In this document: positions 1 through 7,405 of the stretch, one piece after another | Layout of the letters: each line of letters opens with the position of its first letter | Position numbering within the stretch: position 1 is the first letter of the stretch | Source: a bacterium | Lineage (GTDB): Bacteria > Babelota > Babeliae > Babelales > RVW-14 | Assembly (NCBI GenBank): GCA_043822925.1 | Contig: JBDRBF010000074.1 | Coordinates: 1 to 17,162 of the forward strand | Length of the DNA stretch: 17,162 nt | Direction: 5' to 3' | Position numbers and translations under genes: made by a program | Notes under the pieces: model-generated | Told to the model about the DNA's origin: nothing | Database searches by the model: none | The model's input: only the letters and a program-made list of their open reading frames with translations

Positions 1-1
1 A

Positions 2-1459
2 GAAATCTTAAAAACGATTTATCGTGAGCTGAAAAAAATAGAAGCCAAATTTTACGAGTACACAAACAAACCGCAGCCAATACAATCGACAAACCTCTCT
101 ATCGCAAAAGATTTGATGAGCAAAAATGCACCGTTAGATCCCGTGACCATCACAGAACAACTTACGTTTGAACTTTTAGAAGCAAAATTCAAAACTATAG
201 AAAAGTTTATTGATGAAGAGTTAAAAAAATACAAACCAATCACCGTAGGAATGGTAAAAGATTGGATAAAGAAAATATCAACAGATCAAACATTAATAAA
301 TACCGTAACAGAATGGCTCGGCAATCTTGCCCAAGGAGATGATGAAAATATAAGAGAAAACATTGAGTCCTGGCAAACAACTATAAGAAAAAACAAAGAA
401 AACAGAAACCAAGAACCCAATAAAAAACTTCTTTTATATATAGATGATCTTTTGGCCCAAGCAATAATCACAAAGGCCATAGCTGAAGAATGGCTAAAAA
501 AAGAAAACGTAAAAATAAAAGCTCCACTCGACAAAGAAAAAATAAAAGCACAAGAAAAGGCCTTAGCTGAAATAGAAAAATGGATCGAAAAGAAAAAAGA
601 AGAAATCGAAATAGGTGACCTAAAAGACTGGGGTATAGAAATAAGCAGAAACCTAACAATCTTAGATCTGCCAATAAATGAAAGATTTCTCCACCATTTC
701 ATAAAGGAAATTTACGCTTACTTCGCAAAAAACTTCACAAAAACTGCTGCTAAAAAATGGATAGCAGAAAGAAAACAAAAAATAGCCCACGTTCCAGCAG
801 AGAAGAAAAACAAACAAGAATTAGCAATCGCGGAAATAGGGAAAAAACTAAGAACATATGACCAGGATGCAAACATAAAAGAAACCCTAACTAAATGGCG
901 GGATGAACTTTTTGCGCAATCAACATTAGTAGGAAATGAAATCCTTATTCAATATATCGCCATTCTCTTAAAACAAGGCACTATCACAAAAAGAATGATT
1001 GAAGAAAGAATAGAAAAAGCAAAAGGTGATAATGAAACCATAAAACAAATAGAGCAATTACTCAAAGAACGACTCAAGAAAGCAGGAAAAGTCCTCAACG
1101 ATAACGATGACATTAAACAAGATATACAAAGCTGGAAAACTGAAAACCTCGGTTCATATATAGACAATCTTTTAGCCTCTTCAAAAGCGGAACCTGACGG
1201 ATTCATTAAAGACTTAGTCGCCTTTTTAACAGGAGAAGAAATCAAACCAGTGTCGCACGACCTTGGGGTTGCTGGGTTTGAAATCTTACTCAGCAAATTA
1301 TCTGAACTTTTCAAAAAATTGAAAGTTTTAAATGAAGAAGGCAACAAAGAAGCACTAAATGAAAAAGCAAAAAATATGTGGAAAATATTTTCCCGCATCA
1401 CTATCTCAAAATTTAAAGAAGAAATAGAAAGCGATCTTGACCGATTTGTAACAGAATAA
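2..1459 (+). CDS. Hypothetical Lys/Glu-rich alpha-helical repeat protein, 5'-truncated
   Basis: The frame of ORF 113..1459 is open back to position 2 (EILKTIYRELKK...), so the start lies upstream of the window. Ends TAA 1457-1459, followed by a terminator hairpin. Four degenerate repeats of about 76-89 aa. No known motif recognised. Confidence 0.8.
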   Translation, partial: EILKTIYRELKKIEAKFYEYTNKPQPIQSTNLSIAKDLMSKNAPLDPVTITEQLTFELLEAKFKTIEKFIDEELKKYKPITVGMVKDWIKKISTDQTLINTVTEWLGNLAQGDDENIRENIESWQTTIRKNKENRNQEPNKKLLLYIDDLLAQAIITKAIAEEWLKKENVKIKAPLDKEKIKAQEKALAEIEKWIEKKKEEIEIGDLKDWGIEISRNLTILDLPINERFLHHFIKEIYAYFAKNFTKTAAKKWIAERKQKIAHVPAEKKNKQELAIAEIGKKLRTYDQDANIKETLTKWRDELFAQSTLVGNEILIQYIAILLKQGTITKRMIEERIEKAKGDNETIKQIEQLLKERLKKAGKVLNDNDDIKQDIQSWKTENLGSYIDNLLASSKAEPDGFIKDLVAFLTGEEIKPVSHDLGVAGFEILLSKLSELFKKLKVLNEEGNKEALNEKAKNMWKIFSRITISKFKEEIESDLDRFVTE

Positions 1460-1471
1460 AAACAAGCATAT

Positions 1472-1527
1472 AAAAACAAAGCCCTCATGCTTGCCCATAA
1501 AGCTTGCATGAGGGCTTTGTCGTTTTT
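1472..1527. terminator. Probable bidirectional intrinsic terminator
   Basis: Perfect 15-bp inverted repeat ACAAAGCCCTCATGC (1476-1490) / GCATGAGGGCTTTGT (1506-1520), A-run before and T-run after, between convergent genes. Confidence 0.8.
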
Positions 1528-1570
1528 GGAGTTTTTTAAATTTATGGAATAGATCCCAAAACAAAAAGCA

Positions 1571-1888
1571 TTATTCTTGTACCTGTTCACCTATTTCTGT
1601 ATCCGGCTTTTCGCTATCCGGCTGGCTGGCTTGAACCTGCCCCTGCTGCCCACCCTTCAAAGCCACCTGACCAGAGGAGGGAACAGCCCCCTGAACCGGT
1701 ACTTGCTGCTGAACCTTCAAAATCTTCTTATTTTGTAAATCCGCCTGATTTTTGGCCAAAACCAAAAGCTTATCAAAAACCCGCTCCTGTGGTTGATAGG
1801 CAAAAACAAAATTATTAAACGGGCAAGACACGATTAACGCCAAAACAGTTAAGAAGAAAATGGACACTATTCTCCCATATATAGTCAT
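1571..1888 (-). CDS. Small secreted hypothetical protein with Q/G/P-rich tail
   Basis: 105-aa ORF with G-run RBS (GGGGGGTCTACA-ATG), hydrophobic N-terminus ending VFA (signal-peptide-like) and a low-complexity C-terminus. Converges on the terminator. Confidence 0.7.
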   Translation of the reverse strand: MTIYGRIVSIFFLTVLALIVSCPFNNFVFAYQPQERVFDKLLVLAKNQADLQNKKILKVQQQVPVQGAVPSSGQVALKGGQQGQVQASQPDSEKPDTEIGEQVQE

Positions 1889-1957
1889 TGTAGACCCCCC
1901 ACACGCACATTATATGTTTTATAATAAGAAACTCTTTCTCTCCCAGCTGCTAACTTT

Positions 1958-1987
1958 ATATTAAAGAAAACAGGCCCGAAGAGTCAA
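1958..1987 (-). promoter_or_regulatory. Possible sigma70 promoter for the 1571..1888 gene
   Basis: Minus strand TTGACT (1987-1982), 18-nt spacer, TAATAT (1963-1958). Confidence 0.4.
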
Positions 1988-2084
1988 GATATTACAAATA
2001 GTAAAGTTTATTGAAAAGATTGAGAAAAATTATGTTTTTTACTCAAGACTTATTTTATCGATATGTATGATCTCGTATAAGGCT

Positions 2085-2159
2085 TGGATCCCAGATCCCC
2101 TTCGATGCTTCGACAGGCTCAGCATGAGCGCAGCTCAGGGTGAGCGCCTCTGGAATGAC
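2085..2159. repeat. Nested palindromic (REP/RPE-like) element, three layers
   Basis: Shell TGGATCCCAGAT (2085-2096) ... TCTGGAATGAC (2149-2159) encloses CCCTTCGA...CAGCTCAGGGTGAGCG (2098-2146), which encloses ATGCTTCGACAGGCTCAGCATGAGCG (2105-2130). The shell recurs at 4645 and 7406. Confidence 0.85.
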
Positions 2160-2944
2160 GAACAAACGGGAGTTTTTTTATCAAGATAAGTTGCAAGTTG
2201 GGCCGCTCCCGTATGCGCAGGCTCAAGAAACAAGATAGTTTTGACCTCGTTTTTAGCCAAAGACAAATCTCCCATCTGGTGGGCAAGCATAGCAGTATAA
2301 TAATGCGCATCAATATAACTTGGACTTACCTGTATCGCTTTCAGCAGACTTCGCTTTGCTGAGACAAGATCTCCCTGCCCGGCATAAAGCTTACCCTGGT
2401 TGACGCAAGCAACTTCTGGACTCAAGTAATGCTCGTTATGTTCTAGCTCCTGCCAAATACCCAAAGCTTCTTCTGTTTTATTATTTTGGGCACAAGAACA
2501 GGCATAATTATTAAGAATTTCGGCTTTTAATTGCTCATCCTGAGCACATAACGTTAAAGCATCTTTAAAGCAGGCAGAGCCTGCTGCCTCTTGCCCTAAC
2601 AAAAACAAGAGCGTTGCTTTAAGTGCTACGTAACGCGCCTGATTATCTTGAGCTATGGCCTGATTTATATTACACAAGGCTTTTTTGTAGGCTAACAGAC
2701 TCGTATTTCTATTATTAACTGGATCTTGCTGCATAGCCAGATTCTGCCTATCTGTAAGATCCAACATAGCAAGCTTATAGTAGTCCCGCCCCAAAGCTTT
2801 ATTCGTTTTTTTGCCACACGAAGACGTTAATACCAGAACACAAATATTCATAATAAAAAATAGAAATATCCCAGAAAAATATATGTAAAAACATAAGTAT
2901 CGTAAAAAAGCACGTAATCTAAACGAGCGTCTTTGATTTTTCAC
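2135..2944 (-). CDS. TPR protein, PilW/PilF-like (type IV pilus secretin pilotin-like); probable lipoprotein or membrane-anchored
   Basis: TPR-type helices. AEILNNYA...HYLSPEVACVNQG resembles the NNYG...LY.P...N.G pattern of PilW/PilF. A hydrophobic stretch ends in LTSSC (possible lipobox). Start uncertain: GTG at 2944 chosen because the ATG at 2995 overlaps the putative dnaA promoter; the ATG of MNICVL is another option. Confidence 0.7.
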   Translation of the reverse strand: MKNQRRSFRLRAFLRYLCFYIYFSGIFLFFIMNICVLVLTSSCGKKTNKALGRDYYKLAMLDLTDRQNLAMQQDPVNNRNTSLLAYKKALCNINQAIAQDNQARYVALKATLLFLLGQEAAGSACFKDALTLCAQDEQLKAEILNNYACSCAQNNKTEEALGIWQELEHNEHYLSPEVACVNQGKLYAGQGDLVSAKRSLLKAIQVSPSYIDAHYYTAMLAHQMGDLSLAKNEVKTILFLEPAHTGAAQLATYLDKKTPVCSSFQRRSP

Positions 2945-2971
2945 GTTTTGATATCCAAGCTTATAAGCGTT

Positions 2972-2980
2972 TGTTATAAT
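2972..2980 (+). promoter_or_regulatory. Putative extended -10 promoter for dnaA
   Basis: TG-T-TATAAT at 2972-2980, 80 nt upstream of the dnaA GTG. AAGGA RBS at 3050-3054. Confidence 0.45.
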
Positions 2981-3060
2981 TTTGAGCAAAACCATATGTA
3001 AATAATAAATTAAAGTGTAGCATGCGCTTTAAAAAATATAATGATTTTTAAGGATTTTTA

Positions 3061-4566
3061 GTGCAAGTGATCTGGGATGAGTTTTTAAAAATCATACGCG
3101 AAGAAGCCGGAAACCAAGTAGTAGAAACCTGGTTTAAAGCGGTCAGCTTAGAAGAATGGAACCCTGCGAGTAACCAAGTGACACTCAAAGCTCCCAACCA
3201 ATTCGTACGCAAATGGATTCAAGAGCACTACACTGAACTGCTCAAAACTCACTTGGCACGCTTACTGCACCGGGATGATATCCGTCTGCTATTTTTATGC
3301 AAAGAACAAGAAACAAAAGCACACACAATAATTCCAGCATCTGTAGTCCAAAACAGCACAGACACACAGGCACATAGTAACTTGGCCAAATCTTATTCAC
3401 AAAAGCCTACGCATCAAGCACAAAGTTCACACCGATCACAGCTCACACAAAAGTCACCGTATTCACAAAAAAATACCGGCTTAATTCTCAGGCCAAATTC
3501 GACCCCTCAGTCAAAAAAATCACCGCACAAAGACAAAGAAAGCTCAAATCTAAACGAAAACTATACGTTTACCTCATTTGTTTCAGGCCCAAGTAATTCA
3601 CTTGCTTTTGCCGCCGCACATGCTCTGTGCAATGACCCAGGCAAAGCCTACAACCCACTTTTTATTTATGGGGGAACAGGGCTGGGCAAAACGCATTTAT
3701 TACATGCTATTGGTAATGAAACAAAAAAAAGAAACCCTTCTCTTGTCATTAGGTACGAGACATCAGATCAATTTATAAACGAGTTTATAAATGCAATACG
3801 GTTTGATAAAACACAGCACTTCAGGAGTAAATATCTTAAGATCGACTTTTTGCTGGTTGACGATATTCAGTTTCTTTCTAATAAAGAACAAACTCAAGAA
3901 ATGTTCTTTCATTTATTTAATATGTTACATGAGCAAAAAAAACAAATAGTCTTGTCCAGCGACACGTTTCCCAAAGAAATAAAGGGACTGCAAGCCCGCT
4001 TAAAATCCCGACTCGAGTGGGGCCTGGTTGCTGACATACAAATGCCCGATTTAGAAACAAAAATAGCGATTCTCAAAAAGAAAGCTGCTCTACACAGCAT
4101 GCTTTTACCTGACGACGTCGCAGACTTTATTGCCTCACGCGTCCTGTCTAATATCAGAGAACTTGAAGGAGCTCTTATTCGAGTAAACGCGTTCGCATCT
4201 TTAACGAATCAGGCAATAACGCTAGAAATGGCCCACAAAGTATTGCTGAGCTTGAATGAAAAAAAACAGGACGGCCTCCTGCTTGAGAATATTCTCAAAA
4301 TAATCGCGCACCACTACTCTGTATCTGTTAACGACATTAAAGCCAAAAACCGGCACCAAGACATTATCACCATCAGGCAGGTTTCTTTTTATCTCATGAA
4401 AAAACTCACAAACTTCTCGCTGCAATCAATTGGAAGCTTTGTCGGAGGCCGAGATCATTCGACGGTTATACACGCCGTCGGAAAAGTAAAAACACTCATG
4501 CAAGAAGACACAGAATTCATAAAAACGCTCAAATCTATCGAGCAAAAAATACTTATGCATCAATAA
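3061..4566 (+). CDS. dnaA: Chromosomal replication initiator DnaA
   Basis: Domain I (ETWF, APNQFVRKWI), YNPLFIYGGTGLGKTHLL Walker A, LLVDDIQF Walker B, RLKSRLEWGL, SNIRELEGAL, domain IV GGRDHSTVIHA. GTG start with RBS. Confidence 0.99.
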   Translation: MQVIWDEFLKIIREEAGNQVVETWFKAVSLEEWNPASNQVTLKAPNQFVRKWIQEHYTELLKTHLARLLHRDDIRLLFLCKEQETKAHTIIPASVVQNSTDTQAHSNLAKSYSQKPTHQAQSSHRSQLTQKSPYSQKNTGLILRPNSTPQSKKSPHKDKESSNLNENYTFTSFVSGPSNSLAFAAAHALCNDPGKAYNPLFIYGGTGLGKTHLLHAIGNETKKRNPSLVIRYETSDQFINEFINAIRFDKTQHFRSKYLKIDFLLVDDIQFLSNKEQTQEMFFHLFNMLHEQKKQIVLSSDTFPKEIKGLQARLKSRLEWGLVADIQMPDLETKIAILKKKAALHSMLLPDDVADFIASRVLSNIRELEGALIRVNAFASLTNQAITLEMAHKVLLSLNEKKQDGLLLENILKIIAHHYSVSVNDIKAKNRHQDIITIRQVSFYLMKKLTNFSLQSIGSFVGGRDHSTVIHAVGKVKTLMQEDTEFIKTLKSIEQKILMHQ

Positions 4567-4611
4567 ACCAATCCTGTATAAGCTAATCTGTTTATACGCG
4601 CGTTTGTTCTG

Positions 4612-4620
4612 TGCTATGCT
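4612..4620 (+). promoter_or_regulatory. Possible extended -10 promoter for the 4708 gene and rsmH
   Basis: TG-C-TATGCT in the intergenic region. Strong RBS AAGGGGGAG at 4694-4702. Confidence 0.35.
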
Positions 4621-4644
4621 TAACTTGATCAAATAATTAGATCC

Positions 4645-4675
4645 TGGATCCCAGATACGGCGAGTCTGGGATGAC
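4645..4675. repeat. Minimal copy of the palindromic element
   Basis: TGGATCCCAGAT-ACGGCGAG-TCTGGGATGAC: perfect stem ATCCCAGA/TCTGGGAT plus GAC tag. Same arms as 2085 and 7406. Confidence 0.85.
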
Positions 4676-4707
4676 AAATTATGGGAGAATTTTAAGGGGG
4701 AGTTCAC

Positions 4708-5922
4708 ATGAAAAAATATATATCGAATCTTGCACTTATCGTGCTGTTTTTTATTATAACCTGTACAGAAAAGCTCACACCAAGTACGCCAGAAGCACAA
4801 AAAAACGCCTATTTAACCAACCAAATCCAAGGGGAAATAACCCAAAATATTGATCCCGCAAAATATCAGGGTGCCACCAGCATTATACATAAAAAAAGAC
4901 CCCCAGAAATAGTAACAAACTCTCAAGCGCCTATTATATACTCTCATGAGCACCAAAAAACACAGACGAAGCCATCAAGCGCTACAAAAAAAACACAAAA
5001 ACAACCAAATACGCAACCCATAGCCCATAAAAAACTACAAAGGCATACACGCACAGATGCTAAATTTGACACACAAGACGAAAACGAACTTGATTTTGAC
5101 GTAAAAAATACGACCGGCAAAACGATATATGTCAGCTGCTTTGCCTACGTACAAACCCGAGATCTGGCCCCATGGCGCTGGAGCAAATCGCCTATATACA
5201 CAATAGAACCAGACAAAACCTGCCCAATAGATGTTATCTCAATTAAAGACAATACTGTACGCAAAAACGTCTTTGGATATTTAGGAGTCTTTAATAATAT
5301 AAAACAAGCACAGGACGCAACGCTTGAATTATTACCTGATAAAAACAAAATAGATCTGGATATACTACACAAAATAAAAGACCATACAGTTATCATCCAA
5401 ACAGAACAATACGGCTTTAAAACACCACTACTCGATCACGACCTTGTTGATAAGAAAACTGCGCTTTCTCAAAAACCAGAACTCGATTTTTATGTAACAA
5501 ATAATACCGGCAAAACAATATTTACCTGCTGCTTTGTCTACCAAAAAAAAGCAAAAAGCTGGTGGTTCCCTGAAAAATATGGCAAAGACGATATGAGCGT
5601 TTGGTATTACAGTAAAACAAAACTGCTCAAGCTTGAACCTGGACAAACAGGCTGCATAGATGTTGCCACCATTATTACGGGCCGCGACCGAGAATATATC
5701 CGTGGATTTCTCGCTGTATTTAACAAAGACCAAGAAATACTCGCCCAAGAATCTACCTATGAACTTTTAGACCAAACAAGTAAACTGTATCTTGGGCTCT
5801 TACAAAAGATAAGAAATAAAAAAATTATTATTGAATCCGAAAAATATGGTATAAAAGACGATATAATAGATTATGTAGTTAAACCAACCCAAAGACCTGA
5901 TTTTGGCAAACTTGTACGCTAA
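4708..5922 (+). CDS. Secreted or lipoprotein hypothetical protein with two tandem ~130-aa domains
   Basis: Strong RBS; MKK + hydrophobic core + Cys19; K/T/Q/P linker; duplicated domain starting ELDFDVKNTTGKTIY / ELDFYVTNNTGKTIF. Confidence 0.85.
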   Translation: MKKYISNLALIVLFFIITCTEKLTPSTPEAQKNAYLTNQIQGEITQNIDPAKYQGATSIIHKKRPPEIVTNSQAPIIYSHEHQKTQTKPSSATKKTQKQPNTQPIAHKKLQRHTRTDAKFDTQDENELDFDVKNTTGKTIYVSCFAYVQTRDLAPWRWSKSPIYTIEPDKTCPIDVISIKDNTVRKNVFGYLGVFNNIKQAQDATLELLPDKNKIDLDILHKIKDHTVIIQTEQYGFKTPLLDHDLVDKKTALSQKPELDFYVTNNTGKTIFTCCFVYQKKAKSWWFPEKYGKDDMSVWYYSKTKLLKLEPGQTGCIDVATIITGRDREYIRGFLAVFNKDQEILAQESTYELLDQTSKLYLGLLQKIRNKKIIIESEKYGIKDDIIDYVVKPTQRPDFGKLVR

Positions 5923-5939
5923 TAACGGAATAAACAAAA

Positions 5940-6860
5940 ATGGCAGATAATACTCATAAAAACGATAAAAACATAGAAAAACCGTATCACAAGAGCGTCC
6001 TGATCCAAGAAGTACTTACATATTTGGATCCAAAACCAAATAAACTCTATATAGATGCGACATTTGGTGGAGGGGGACACACCAAAGCTATTCTTGATCA
6101 TGAGCCCAATTGCCACGTAATAGCTCTTGATTGGGATACACAAGCCATAGAACATAATGCCCAGTCTCTTACAAATCAATATGGCGATCGATTAAAGATA
6201 CTTTGGGGCAACTTTGCCCTAATACACCAATTATTAAAAAAAGAAAATATAAGCAACTTTGACGGCATACTGGCCGATTTTGGGACATCACAACACCAAT
6301 TATTCGAAAAAGAAGGGTTTTCTTTTAATATAGACAGCCCCCTTGATATGCGCATGTCAACCGCTCACCAAAAAACGACGGCCCGCAATATCGTCAATTT
6401 ATACACAGAAAAACAATTGGCTCAAATCTTATTTGATTATGCCGACGAGTTTCACTCTCGCAAGATAGCAAAAGCCATTCTTGAATACCGGTCTAAAAAA
6501 AGTATTACAACTACTAAAGAACTTGCCCAAATTGTCGAACGAGCAATCGGTGGTGCCCACTATAAAAACAAATCGGTTCACGCTGCTACAAAAACGTTTC
6601 AGGCATTGCGCATCGAAGTTAATCATGAGCTCGATAATATAAAAAGCCTCATGGCAGCCAGTTTACGCATGCTTTCCCACGATGGGCGCATGGTTTTTAT
6701 CAGCTTTCACTCACTGGAAGATAGACTTGTAAAAACATTCTTTAAAAATACACCTGAATTAGAGATACTTACGCCAAAACCGATTATAGCAAGCGATGAA
6801 GAAATGCAGCTAAACCGCTCTTCCCGCTCAGCAAAATTACGGGCAGCAAGAAAAAAATAG
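5940..6860 (+). CDS. rsmH: 16S rRNA m4C1402 methyltransferase RsmH (MraW)
   Basis: HKSVL, YIDATFGGGGHT, PLDMRM, ATKTFQALRIEVN.EL, ISFHSLEDRLVK, SRSAKLR motifs. Confidence 0.98.
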   Translation: MADNTHKNDKNIEKPYHKSVLIQEVLTYLDPKPNKLYIDATFGGGGHTKAILDHEPNCHVIALDWDTQAIEHNAQSLTNQYGDRLKILWGNFALIHQLLKKENISNFDGILADFGTSQHQLFEKEGFSFNIDSPLDMRMSTAHQKTTARNIVNLYTEKQLAQILFDYADEFHSRKIAKAILEYRSKKSITTTKELAQIVERAIGGAHYKNKSVHAATKTFQALRIEVNHELDNIKSLMAASLRMLSHDGRMVFISFHSLEDRLVKTFFKNTPELEILTPKPIIASDEEMQLNRSSRSAKLRAARKK

Positions 6861-6869
6861 CAGACAAGA

Positions 6870-6898
6870 TTGACAAATACGCGAACAACATTTACATT
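6870..6898 (+). promoter_or_regulatory. Sigma70 promoter for spoVG-tRNA-Gln
   Basis: Perfect -35 TTGACA (6870-6875), 17-nt spacer, -10 TACATT (6893-6898). AAGGA RBS at 6942-6946. Confidence 0.75.
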
Positions 6899-6952
6899 AA
6901 AGCACAGTTACAAAGAGTAGGAAGGAATACATTACATAAATAAGGAAGCATA

Positions 6953-7279
6953 ATGGAGATCACTGAAGTTAAGGTCTATCCTGCAAACGAAGGAAAACTC
7001 AAAGCGTATGCGACGATGGTTTTTGACGGATGTTTTATAGTCCGAGATATGAAGATCATAAAAAGTGATAAAGGCTTATTTGTATCAATGCCTTCACGAA
7101 GAAAAAAGGACGGTTCTTTTAAAGACATAGTACATCCTCTCAATGCGGACACAAGAAAGATGATTGAAGAACGTATCATCGAAGAATACAAAAAAACAGC
7201 AAATGACCCTGACGCAGTGATTGCAAGCGACGGTGGCGCAAGCCATAACGACGCTGCAAGTCATGACGAAGGCGAATAA
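6953..7279 (+). CDS. spoVG: SpoVG family nucleic-acid-binding protein
   Basis: MEITEVKV..., LKAYATMVFD, GLFVSMPSRR, DGSFKDIVHPLN match the SpoVG family. Acidic C-terminal tail. Confidence 0.96.
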   Translation: MEITEVKVYPANEGKLKAYATMVFDGCFIVRDMKIIKSDKGLFVSMPSRRKKDGSFKDIVHPLNADTRKMIEERIIEEYKKTANDPDAVIASDGGASHNDAASHDEGE

Positions 7280-7310
7280 ATAGCTCTTAAAAATTAACTT
7301 GAACAGATTC

Positions 7311-7385
7311 TGGGGTGTCGCCAAGCGGTAAGGCAGCGGTTTTTGGTACCGCCATACGGAGGTTCGAATCCTTCCACCCCAACCA
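7311..7385 (+). tRNA. tRNA-Gln (anticodon TTG), CCA encoded
   Basis: Acceptor TGGGGTG/CACCCCA, D-arm GCC...GGC, anticodon stem GCGGT/ACCGC with loop TTTTGGT (TTG at 7343-7345), T-loop TTCGAAT, CCA at 7383-7385. Confidence 0.98.
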
Positions 7386-7405
7386 AATTTTATATACACA
7401 AGAAT

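Noticed and set aside
286-1590. Antisense ORFs 286..702, 468..674 and 949..1590
   Set aside because: F/S/L-rich mirror translations of the K/E-rich plus-strand gene; 949..1590 also runs through the terminator.
2945-2995. Extended N-terminus of the TPR ORF from ATG 2995
   Set aside because: No RBS, and it overlaps the putative dnaA promoter. A downstream start is more plausible, though not proven.
4573-4600. GTATAA/TTATAC inverted pair downstream of dnaA as oriC DnaA boxes
   Set aside because: Each site has two mismatches to TTATACACA, there is no cluster, and a 6-bp inverted repeat is expected by chance in AT-rich DNA.
6399-6407. Consensus DnaA box TTATACACA in rsmH (another at 12408-12416 on the minus strand)
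   Set aside because: Isolated, inside coding sequence and compatible with chance.
7360-7385. tRNA 3' end as attachment site of an integrated island
   Set aside because: No duplicate of the tRNA 3' end and no integrase seen; the downstream genes are housekeeping.
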